64,000 bases of DNA from Haliotis rufescens (lineage: Eukaryota). The position numbers and the translations under genes are program-made. This document shows, in pieces, positions 12,641 to 23,965 of the stretch. Where the stretch lies: NCBI RefSeq assembly GCF_023055435.1, contig NW_025964112.1, positions 57,164,001 to 57,228,000 on the forward strand, given 5' to 3'. Position 1 is the stretch's first letter, and every line of letters starts with the position of its first letter. Under the pieces are notes generated by a model. It was not told the origin of the DNA. It did not search any database and saw nothing but the letters and a program-made list of their open reading frames with translations.

Positions 12641-12757
12641 CATTTTCACAAGTCGGTCCAAGCCATCCTTGTGTACAGGAGCATGTAAAGTTGTTCGTTC
12701 CCGCGTCAGAACAACTGCCATTGTTTTTACATGGGGTCGTCAGGCAGTCATCTACAT
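12641..12757 (-). CDS. EGF exon 6 (type A, cassette copy 1): DVDDCLTTPCKNNGSCSDAGTNNFTCSCTQGWLGPTCEN
   Basis: Lies in ORF 12465..12926; TTTCAG acceptor, G|GTTGGT donor, 117 bp. Confidence 0.88.
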
Positions 12758-12840
12758 CTGAAACATGGAGGCATGGTGCTGCTAAACAGAATGTACGTCT
12801 GTCATAAGACAGTGTTAAACTATGAAAGCTGTCAATGCTA

Positions 12841-13111
12841 GACCCGTAAAGATCCAGGGTAGAATGGGTCTTCAGCAACCCATGCTTGCTGTAAAAGGCG
12901 ACAATGCTTGTCGTAAAAAGCGACAAACAGGATCGGGTGATCAGACTTGCTGGCTTGTTTGATGCATGTCATCATATCCCAATTGCGAGAATTGATGTTC
13001 ATGATGTCAATCACAGGATTGTCTGATCCAGACTCGATTATTTATAGACCTACGTCATATAGCTGGAATATTGCTGAGTGCGGCATTAAACAACAAACAA
13101 ACAAACAAACA
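12841..13111 (+). mobile_element. SINE-like family B with (CAAA)n tail. Other copies ~14758-15000(-), 17804-18068(+), 18909-19080(-), 23246-23502(+), 25158-25325(-), 29075-29240(-), 29918-30215(-), 32305-32730(+), 61527-61732(+)
   Basis: Shared ~270-bp consensus GACCCGTGAAGATCC...GCTGGAATATTGCTGAGTGCGGCGTTAAACAACAAAC. Confidence 0.8.
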
Positions 13112-13466
13112 AAAGCTACACTGCATTCTACTCTAGATATTTAGTACAAGACTCTCTACCATGACTGGTGGACAGACATACATTACACATCAGTCATCAG
13201 TTTCTGATTGGCTGACAATTGATGGGAAGGGCTTGTGTTGCATTATTGTGGATTACCTGTCCCAAAGAATTAATTTTGTTACTTCCGAGCCATGGCGATT
13301 CATTTGTCTGGTTGGGAATAAATCAGTGGTTATTCAGTGTGCTCAGTCGCTCAGGTACCCTTGAAAAATACCCCAATAGTTTGGCGAAATCTTAATTGTA
13401 CAAACGTAGAATTTAAACCAAAGTGAACTATTTTCAACAAGTGTAATGTGAAGTGTGTAAAACTAC

Positions 13467-13577
13467 CTTCATCACAGAGCCAGCCAGTCCATCCCGAGGT
13501 ACAGTTGCAGGTGTAGTTGGATGGTCCGAGGATGCAGACTCCTCCATTGGCGCAGGATGCAGTGTGACAGTAGTCTT
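13467..13577 (-). CDS. EGF exon 5 (type B, cassette copy 1): EDYCHTASCANGGVCILGPSNYTCNCTSGWTGWLCDE
   Basis: Lies in ORF 13351..13674; CTTCCAG acceptor, G|GTAGTT donor, 111 bp. Confidence 0.88.
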
Positions 13578-14592
13578 CTGGAAGGAGATAACAGGCATTG
13601 TGGAGGATGTGAAGAGGATAAAAACAACGACAAACAGTAACCTGAAGTACAGGGTGGTAGTTATGGAAGGACAATTGACATGTGGTGGGTGAGGGGGCCT
13701 CTCCATGTTCACATCACACTGGTACCCTAAGGAATTGTTTTAAGACCAAAGCTATGCCAATTTTTTTCTTATCTTTCTTTCCTATTTGTTACAAGTGGTG
13801 GCTGAAAAGTTTTGAGCCTAACTATGATGGACTGCAATGATGGTGTTGGTTGGTCCCACACGCAAGTCACAGATCCTCACCATCAGATCTGATCCGATTG
13901 CTTCCTACCACAAACAGTATAGTGCATGGAAACTATTGTAACACTGGTCCCAAGGGGGTCAGATTAGGTGAGATTATATAGTTATACTATTAATCTCTCA
14001 TACAGAACCTGATACAAAACTATCTGAAAGCGCCTTAGCAGGTCTACACTATGCTTGCAAGTCTGCATCATAAGTCTCTCATTTGTTTGCACAGAAAGAC
14101 AATATATATAAAAATACTTCAATTATTTTCAATTCAGAGACTAAATATTGGTATCATATACAATAGTGGTGAGGCGAAATGAGGTTTAACGTCACATTGA
14201 AAATGGTTACACTTACACTTATCTACATGTGTATGTGAGTGTGGCTGCTTGTACTCGTCTGGACAAATGGCAATTTTATAATGCTAGCTCACTGAGACAC
14301 CATGCCACAGTTTAACATGAATACCCCACTCAGACACAATATACAGACTCTGAGCTGACCAGTCCTTGGTTTAGACCCTCAATGCTGAGTGCCAGGCAGG
14401 GTAACCACAAGTACCATCTTTTAACATCTTTTGGAATTGCGCAGACAGGGATCGAACACCCGACCTTCCACTGTCTGAGCAGATATTCTGCACTCTACTT
14501 GACCACGGAGCTGGTCTCTTATACAATGACACTGAGGTGCAAATATTTAGTGCAAATGGGAAACATGCTCTATTTGAAATGAGACGCTATTG

Positions 14593-14745
14593 TATCGTGT
14601 GGCTGAAATGTTAAGTGCCTTATTATGATGGACTGCGTTGATGGAGTTGGTTGCTAATTAGTTTTCATAATCCTCTCCGAGGTCCACACACTTCTGCCAA
14701 TGATACCAGAGTGGATCCAACCGGTGTAGAAGGCTGCCTCCTGGT
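14593..14745 (-). mobile_element. Remnant of a second mariner family (transposase C-terminus and TIR); copied at ~18745-18897 and ~24995-25147
   Basis: Minus strand encodes HWQKCVDLGEDYEN*, like the mariner C-terminal RWEKCVTLGGSYVEKD. A related TIR-like end TACGAGGGGTGGCTGAAA occurs at ~24183 and ~13790. Confidence 0.65.
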
Positions 14746-16721
14746 GATGTATCTTCTGTTTATTTGTTTGTTTGTTTGTTTAACGCCACACTCAGCAATA
14801 TTCCAGCTTTATGACGGCAGTCTGTAAATAATCGAGTCTGGACCAGACAATCCAGAGATTGACTTCATGAGCATCGATCCACGCAGTTGGGATATGATGA
14901 CATGCATCAACCAAGCAAGCAAGTCTGATCACCCGATCCTGTTTGTCGCCTTTTACGACAAGCATTGGGCTACGATGACATGCATCAACCAAGTCAGACA
15001 TCTATCTTCTGACCACCATCGGACTTTAACTAAGGTTACTAACTCAATGTATGACCAGGAACAAGCAAGTGACGTCACATCAAACATCATGACATCATGA
15101 CACTGTACAGGCCCCTCACTTGTACAATACTTTTACAAACTGGCAACTGGCCAATCAGATAGCTAGATTCTTTAGCGGGAAATCATAATGTTAATGTGTT
15201 ATACAAGACCTTTCGTAATAGGGAAACAGATGATCACAATAATCTCTTAAGGTTACATGTTCAAAAATAACATAATATTTATAAAATAATCAAAGTTCAA
15301 AACATATTTTCACACTGTTACTATTGAGCTAGCTGTCTAGTCACCATCTTGCTGTGATGAGTGACCTAGTCAGTCAGTCAAGTAAAGCTGTTGCGCTTTA
15401 CAATTTCAGTGTTGATTTGATTGTTGATCATATTGTGCATAGTCTTCTCTTCTAGGTAACACAATAATCGAAATACATTCCTGCTGTATGATAAATGGGG
15501 CAGTTTACTGTTGTGAAACGTCCTTGACCTTTCCTAACTCCAGCACTGTATCGTAGTTATTAAAGCCACTTCAGTTCAGAAAGTGAAAGTATGTCTTTAA
15601 CTTTGATTTGTTTAATAAAGACATCATGTTACAAAAATACCCATATTTGTTTCCGTACCATAAATATCACACATTGGTTTTTCCTAAAAAATGATATTAA
15701 TATTATATATGACCATTAACGATATGGTATACTGTTTTGTTTGTGAACCGTATTCCCTTATACATTGTATACCTTATTTGTGTCCAAAACATTTTTTACT
15801 AAGTGAATTCTGATCTCACTTTACATAACTTTAAAAAACGATGCTGCAAATTATGGCAAAATGTTAAAAATTTTCAATTTGAAGTTTATACCATATACAG
15901 GTTTTTCATTGGACGATAGGTCGGTCACATAACCCGGAAATTGACGCTCCTAAGTGTATGAACGACACAACTTGACGTTCATACATTTTTCACGAGACCG
16001 TGTTCTTGAAATGACGTACCGGTAAACACTGGCGGACTACTTCCACATTCCTTGGGAAACCCCTAGGAATTCCCTAGCAGGAATAAATGTTTCTCATCAT
16101 TTAGACCCTTTACTTGGCGTTTTAGCATACATTGGGATAAGTCAGAGTTTGATTGCATGTCCGTTCAAGGATATCCTCGCTACAACCCATCTTAGAGAAC
16201 AAAACGAAGAAAAGCACTTACAATCTAAGTAACCACAGTATTGACTCAATCCATGTCTTAACAACAGTGATATTTGACACATCTTTACAATCACCTTTCA
16301 GTGATCGGCCAATTGATCAGTGATGACTAACACTTGTAATAGCCACAGGTTCCTTAAAAACTTCAGAAGTCTATCCTGTCACATTTATCGTGTCGGCCAT
16401 TTTCATGTCTTGTATTTGATGTAAATGTATTACGATGCGCTGTCATTGTGACTGACTTACTGAGGTAGTTCTTAACAGACCTTTCTCATCTAATGAGGAT
16501 ATTTATTAGTACATTTGCTGTACAGAAACTACAAAATTGTTCCTGTTGAGCATACATCAGCTAATGTCACCTCTTGTTTTGAGGAACTATTTTATTCTGC
16601 AATACAGCTGGTTGTTGTATGGTTGTCAGTGTAACCATGAAGTCACACATACTAAATACACTTGTGAATGTAGATCAAGGTCTACGTCCTTTGCGGTAAA
16701 AGTAGTGATATAAATTTTTTA

Positions 16722-16897
16722 TAAGAATTGACTTACACTTTGTGAGAGTTCATTGGAGTATGAGCCTTCATAGAGTGAGGGCCAAACTGTATGAACGTCA
16801 GAGCTTCAGAGGGCGACGACGTTCATACAGTTTGGCCCTCACTCTATGAAGGTTCATACTCCAATGAACCCTCACAAAGTAACAGTCCATTCTTAAT
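16722..16897. repeat. ~175-bp near-perfect palindrome, probably part of a non-autonomous element; copies at ~22172-22338 and ~26678-26852
   Basis: Arms ACTTTGTGAGAGTTCATTGGAGTATG...GAACGTC and GACGTTC...CATACTCCAATGAACCCTCACAAAGT. Confidence 0.88.
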
Positions 16898-17603
16898 TAC
16901 AATAAACCTGATTCACAGTTTTACAGCATTGGACTGAAATAACTGAAATTTTGCAATAAAAACATTATTACCCAAAGACACATTTTTTCCAAACAATGCT
17001 AATTGTATTTTCTGTTATCCCCATGGGCATTCCGGCTTAGAAAAGATACCACCCTCCCCCTAGCAACTTAGGTTGTTATAAGGGGTGACTTACTTGATCG
17101 GGAGGTCAGGTAAGGTGACCTGGTTGATTGCCTGTCATCTTACCCCAACGGTGTTGGTTGATGCTCACAATATCAACCACTGGATTGTCTGGGACAGACT
17201 ATTATTACTTACATACCACTGTCTATAATATGGCAGAGTGCGGTATTAAACAACAAACAAACAAACATAACATTACCCTGAACAAGCGCAGATACATTTT
17301 TTTGGGAAAAGGACGTATGCGTATTCTTGTTTCATGATACCAACCTTTCTATAATAAATGACCAGTCCCTAAATAATGATTAAATTTAGAACTTTTATAT
17401 TTGACAAATATAGAACTGTTTCATTTCTTAATGGCCCCTTCTATAATTGTGATACGTCTTTGTCATAGGTGATACGAAAGTTGTAGGAGTCAAGGTTTCT
17501 GTGGAGGTGTTGGAACACAAATATATAATTGCTGAATTGACATTTTGGGTACTTGCATAGATACTAAATAAAAGATAGCAGTGGTTATCGGATCTATACC
17601 AAC

Positions 17604-17720
17604 CATCTTCACAAGTCGGTCCCAGCCATCCTTGTGTACAGGAGCATGTAAAGTTGTTCGTTCCTGCGTCAGAACAATTGCCATTGTTTTTACATGGGGT
17701 CGTGAGGCAGTCGTCTACAT
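17604..17720 (-). CDS. EGF exon 4 (type A, cassette copy 2): DVDDCLTTPCKNNGNCSDAGTNNFTCSCTQGWLGPTCED
   Basis: Manual translation; splice sites intact. Six substitutions vs copy 1 (4 synonymous, 2 replacement). Confidence 0.82.
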
Positions 17721-20203
17721 CTGAAACATGGAGGCATGGTGCTGCTGAACAGAATGTACGTCTGTCATAGAGACTGTGTTAAACTATGTAAGCTGTCAAT
17801 GCCAGACCCGTGAAGATCCAGGGTAGAATGGGTCTTCAGCGACCAATGCTTGCTGTAAAAGGCGACAATGCTTGTCATAAAAGGCGACAAACAGGATCGG
17901 GTGATCAGACTTGCTGGTTGATGCATGTCATCATATCCCAATTGCAAGAATTGATGTTCATGATGTCAATCACAGGATTGTCTGATCCAGACTCGATTAT
18001 TTATAGACCTACGTCACACAGCTGGAATATTGCTGAGTGCGGCGTTAAACAACAAACAAACAAACAAAAGCTACACTGCATTCTACTCTAGATATTTAGT
18101 ACAAGACTCTCTACCATGACTGATGGACTGACATACATTACACATCATTCATCAGTTTCTGATTGGCTGACAATTGATGGGAAGAGCTTGTGTTGCATTA
18201 TTGTGGATTACCGGTCCCAAATGAATTAATTTGTAAGTTCCGAGCCATGGCAATTCATTTGTCTGCTTGGGAATAAATCAGTGGTTATACAGTGTGCTCA
18301 GTCGCTCAGGTACAATAGTGGTGAGGCGAAATGAGGTTTAACGTCACATTGAAAATGGTTACACTTACACTTATCTACATGTGTATGTGAGTGTGGCTGC
18401 TTGTACTCGTCTGGACAAATGGCATTTTTATAATGCTAGCTCACTGAGACACCATGCCACAGTTTAAAATGAAGACCCCACTCAGAGACAGTATACAGAC
18501 TCTGAGCTGACCAGTCCTTGGTTTAGACCCTCAATGCTGAATGCAAGGCAGGGCAACCACAAGTACCATCTTTTAACATCTTTTGGAATTGCGCGGACAG
18601 GGATCGAACACCCTACCTTCCACTGTCCGAGCAGATATTCTGCACTCTACTAGACCACAGAGGTGGCCTCTTATACAATGACACCGAGGTGCAAATATTT
18701 AGTGCAAATTGGAAACATGCTCTATTTGAAATGAGGCACTTCTGTATGGTGTGGCTAAAATGTTAAGTGCCTTATCATGATGGACTGCCTTGATGGAGTT
18801 GGTTGCTAATTAGTTTTCATAATCCTCTCTGAGGTCCACACACTTCTGCCAACGATACCAGAGTGGATCCAACCGGTGTAGAAGGCTGCCTCCTGGTAAT
18901 GTATCTTCTGTTTGTTTGTTTGTTTGTTTGTTTGTTTGTTTAACGCCACACTCAGCAATATTCCAGCTTTATGACGGCAGTCTGTAAATAATCGAGTCTG
19001 GACCAGACAATCCAGAGATTGATGTCATGAGCATCGATCCACGCAGTTGGGCTACGATGACATGCATCAACCAAGTCAGACATCTATCTTCTGACCACCA
19101 TCGGACTTTAACTAAGACAACTAACTCAATGTATGACCAGGAACAAGCAAGTGACGTCACATCAAACATCATGACATCATGACACTGTACAGGCCCCTCA
19201 CTTGTACAATACTTTTACAAACTGGCAACTGGCCAATCAGATAGCTAGATTCTTTAGCGGGAAATCATAATGTTAATGTGTTATACAAGACCTTTCGTAA
19301 TAGGGAAACATATGATCACAATAATCTCTTAAGGTTACATATTATCTATAAAAAAATCAAAGTTCAAAACATATTTTCACACTGTTACTATTGAGCTAGC
19401 TGTCTAGTCGCCATCTTGCTGTGATGAGTGACCTAGTCAGTCAGTCAAGTAAAGCTGTTGCGCTTTACAATTTCAGTGTTGATTTGATTGTTGATCATAT
19501 TGTGCATAGTCTTCTCTTCTTGGTAACACAATAATCGAAATACATTCCTGCTGTATGATAAATGGGGCAGTTTACTGTTGTGAAACGGCCTTGACCTTTC
19601 CTAACTCCAGCGCTGTATCGTAGTTATTAAAGCCACTTCAGTTCAGAAAGTGAAAGTATGTCTTTAACTTTGATTTGTTTAATAAAGACATCATGTTACA
19701 AAAATACCCATATTTGTTTCCATACCATAAATATCATACATCAGTTTTTCCTAAAAAATGATATTAATATTATATATGACCATTAATGATATGGTATACT
19801 GTTTTGTTTGTGAACCGTATTCCCTTATACATTGTATACCTAATTTGTGTCCAAAACATTTTTTACTAAGTGAATTCTGATCTCAATTTACATAACTTTA
19901 AAAAATGATGCTGCAAATTATGTCAATACATACATTACTGGACAAAATGTTAAAAATTTTCAATTTGAAGTTTATACCATATACAGGTTTTTCATTGAGC
20001 GAGTGGTCGGTCACATGACCACAAAATTGACGCTCATAAGTGTATGAACGACACAACTTGACATTCATACGTTTTTCATGAGACCATGTTCTTGAAATGA
20101 CGTAAACACTGGCGGACTACTTCCACATTCCTTGGGAAACCCCTAGAAATTCCCTAGCAGGAATAAATGTTTCTCATCATTTAGACCCTTTACTTGGCAT
20201 TTT

Positions 20204-21631
20204 AGCATACATTGGGATCAGTCAAAGGTTGATTGCATGTCCATTCAAGGTTATCCTCGCCACAACCCATCTTAGAGAACAAAACGAAGAAAAGCATACA
20301 TTGGGATAAGTCAGAGTTTGATTGCATGTCCGTTCAAGGATATCCTCGTTACAACCCATCTTAGAGAACAAAACGAAGAAAAGCATACATTGGGATAAGT
20401 CAGAGTTTGATTGCATGTCCGTTCAAGGATATCCTCGTTACAACCCATCTTAGAGAACAAAACGAAGAAAAGCATACATTGGGATAAGTCAGAGTTTGAT
20501 TGCATGTCCGTTCAAGGATATCCTCGCTACAACCCATCTTAGAGAACAAAACGAAGAAAAGGATACATTGGGATAAGTCAGAGTTTGATTGCATGTCCGT
20601 TCAAGGATATCCTCGCTACAACCCATCTTAGAGAACAAAACGAAGAAAAGCATACATTGGGATAAGTCAGAGTTTGATTGCATGTCCGTTCAAGGATATC
20701 CTCGCTACAACCCATCTTAGAGAACAAAACGAAGAAAAGCATACATTGGGATAAGTCAGAGTTTGATTGCATGTCCGTTCAAGGATATCCTCACTACAAT
20801 CCATCTTAGAGAACAAAACGAAGAAAAGCATACATTGGGATAAGTCAGAGTTTGATTGCATGTCCGTTCAAGGATATCCTCGCTACAACCCATCTTAGAG
20901 AACAAAACGAAGAAAAGCATACATTGGGATAAGTCAGAGTTTGATTGCATGTCCGTTCAAGGATATGCTCATTACAACCCATCTTAGAGAACAAAACGAA
21001 GAAAAGCATACATTGGGATAAGTCAGAGTTTGATTGCATGTCCGTTCAAGGATATCCTCGCTACAACCCATCTTAGAGAACAAAACGAAGAAAAGCATAC
21101 ATTGGGATAAGTCAGAGTTTGATTGCATGTCCGTTCAAGGATATCCTCGCTACAACCCATCTTAGAGAACAAAATGAAGAAAAGCATACATTGGGATAAG
21201 TCAGAGTTTGATTGCATGTCCGTTCAAGGATATCCTCGCTACAACCCATCTTAGAGAACAAAACAAAGAAAAGCATACATTGGGATAAGTCAGAGTTTGA
21301 TTGCATGTCCGTTCAAGGATATCCTCGTTACAACCCATCTTAGAGAACAAAACGAAGAAAAGCATACATTGGGATAAGTCAGAGTTTGATTGCATGTCCG
21401 TTCAAGGATATCCTCGCTACAACCCATCTTAGAGAACAAAACGAAGAAAAGCATACATTGGGATAAGTCTGAGTTTGATTGCATGTCCGTTCAAGGATAT
21501 CCTCGCTACAACCCATCTTAGAGAACAAAACGAAGAAAAGCATACATTGGGATAAGTCAGAGTTTGATTGCATGTCCGTTCAAGGATATCCTCGCTACAA
21601 CCCATCTTAGAGAACAAAACGAAGAAAAGCA
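20204..21631. repeat. 89-bp tandem array (16 units), found only in cassette copy 2
   Basis: ORF starts in the track are spaced 89 bp apart; a single monomer lies at ~16125-16216 in copy 1. Confidence 0.96.
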
Positions 21632-23045
21632 CTTCCAAACTAAGTAACCACAGTATTTACTCAATCCATGTCTTAACGACAGTGATAGTCTACAGCAATA
21701 TATCAATGTACCTTAGTATCTATTTGACACATCTTTACAATCACCTTTCAGTGATCGGCCAATTGATCAGTGATGACTAACACTTGTAATAGCCACAGGT
21801 TCCTTAAAAACTTCAGAAGTCTATCCTGTCACATTTATCGTGTCGGCCATTTTCATGTCTTGTATTTGATGTAAATGTATTACGATGCGCTGTCATTGTG
21901 ACTGACTTACTGAGGTAGTTCTTAACAGACCTTTCTCATCTAATGAGGATATTTATTAGTACATTTGCTGTACAGAAACTACAAAATTGTTCCTGTTGAG
22001 CATACATCAGCTAATGTCACCTCTCGTTGTGAGGAACTATTTTATTCTGCAATACAGTTGGTTCTTGCATGGTTGTCAGTGTAACCATGAAGTCACACAT
22101 ACTAAATATACTTGTGAATGTAGATCAAGGTCTACGTCCTTTGAGGTAAAAGTAGTGATATAAAAAATTTATAAGAATTGACTTTCAGTTTGTGAGAGTT
22201 CATTGGAGTATGAACCTTCATAGAGTGAGGACCAAACTGTATGAACGTCGTCGCCCTCTGACGTTCATACAGTTTAGCTCTCACTCTATGAAGGTTCATA
22301 CTCCAATGAACTCTCACAAAGTAACAGTGCATTCTTAATTACAATAAACCCGATTCACAGTTTTACAGCATTGGACTGAAATAACTGAAATTTTGCAATA
22401 AAAACATTATTACCCAAAGACACATTTTTTTCAAACAATGCTAATTGTATTTTCTGTTACCCCCATGGGCATTCCGGCTTAGAAAAGATACCACCCTCCC
22501 CCTAGCAACTTAGGTTTGTTATAAGGGGTGACTTACTTGATCGGGAGGTCAGGTAAGGTGACCTGGTTGATTGCCTGTCATCTTACCCCAACGGTGTTGG
22601 TTGATGCTCACAATATCAACCACTGGATTGTCTGGGACAGACTATTATTACTTACATACCACTGTCTATAATATGGCAGAGTGCGGTGTTAAACAACAAA
22701 CAAACAAACATAACATTACCCTGAACAAGCGCAGATACATTTTTTGGGGAAAAGGACTATGCTTATTCTTGTTTCATGATACCAACCTTTCTATAATAAA
22801 TGACCAGTCCCTAAATAATGATTAAATTTAGAACTTTTATATTTGACAAATATAGAACTGTTTCATTTCTTAATGGCCCCCTTTATAGTTGTGATACGTC
22901 TTTGTCATAGGTGATACGAAAGTTGTAGGAGTCAAGGTTTCTGTGGAGGTGTTGGAACACAAATATATAATTGCTGAATTGACATTCTGGGTACTTGCAT
23001 AGATACTAAATAAAAGATAGCAGTGGTTATCGGATGTATACCAAC

Positions 23046-23162
23046 CATTTTCACAAGTCGGTTCCAGCCATCCTTGTGTACAGGAGCATGTAAAGTTGTT
23101 CGTTCCTGCGTCAGAACAACTGCCATTGTTTTTACATGGGGTCGTCAGGCAGTCATCTACAT
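23046..23162 (-). CDS. EGF exon 3 (type A, cassette copy 3): DVDDCLTTPCKNNGSCSDAGTNNFTCSCTQGWLEPTCEN
   Basis: Lies in ORF 22870..23388; splice sites intact, 117 bp. Confidence 0.83.
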
Positions 23163-23854
23163 CTGAAACATGGAGGCATGGTGCTGCTGAACAGAATGTA
23201 CGTCTGTCATAAGACTGTGTTAAACTATGTAATCTGTCAATGCCAGACCCGTAAAGATCCAGGGTAGAATGGGTCTTCAGCAACCCATGCTTGCTGTAAA
23301 AGGCGACAATGCTTGTTGTAAAAGGCGACAAACAGGATCGGGTGATCAGACTTGCTGGTTGATGCATGTCATCATATCCCAATTGCAAGAATTGATGTTC
23401 ATGATGTCATTCACAGGATTGTCTGATCCAGACTCGATTATTTATAGACCTACGTCACATAGCTGGAATATTGCTGAGTGCGGCAACAAACAAACAAACA
23501 AAAGCTATATTGCATTCTATTCTAGATATTTAGTACAAAACTCTCTACCATGACTGATTGACTGACATACATTACACATCAGTCATCAGTTTCTGATTGG
23601 CTGACAATTGATGGGAAGAGCTTGTGATGCATTATTGTGGATTACCTGTCCCAAATGAATTAATTTGTAAGTTCCGAGCCATGGCGATTCATTTGTCTGG
23701 TTGGGAATAAATCAGTGGTTATACAGTGTGCTCAGTCGCTCAGGTACCCTTGAAAAATACCCCAATAGTTGGCGAAATCTTCATTGTACAAACATAGAAT
23801 TTAAACCAAAGTGAACTATTTTCAACAAGTGTAATGTGAAGTGTGTAAAACTAC

Positions 23855-23965
23855 CTTCATCACAGAGCCAGCCAGTCCATCCCGAGGTACAGTTGCAGGT
23901 GTAGTTGGATGGTCCGAGGATGCAGACTCCTCCATTGGCGCAGGATGCAGTGTGACAGTAGTCTT
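23855..23965 (-). CDS. EGF exon 2 (type B, cassette copy 3): EDYCHTASCANGGVCILGPSNYTCNCTSGWTGWLCDE
   Basis: Lies in ORF 23781..24062; nucleotide-identical by eye to 13467-13577; splice sites intact. Confidence 0.84.

Noticed and set aside
20204-21631. Regularly spaced 89-bp array as a possible CRISPR, or 64-aa repeated ORFs as a peptide gene cluster
   Set aside because: Units are near-identical end to end with no unique spacers, there are no cas genes, the context is eukaryotic, and the ORFs are overlapping frame artefacts.
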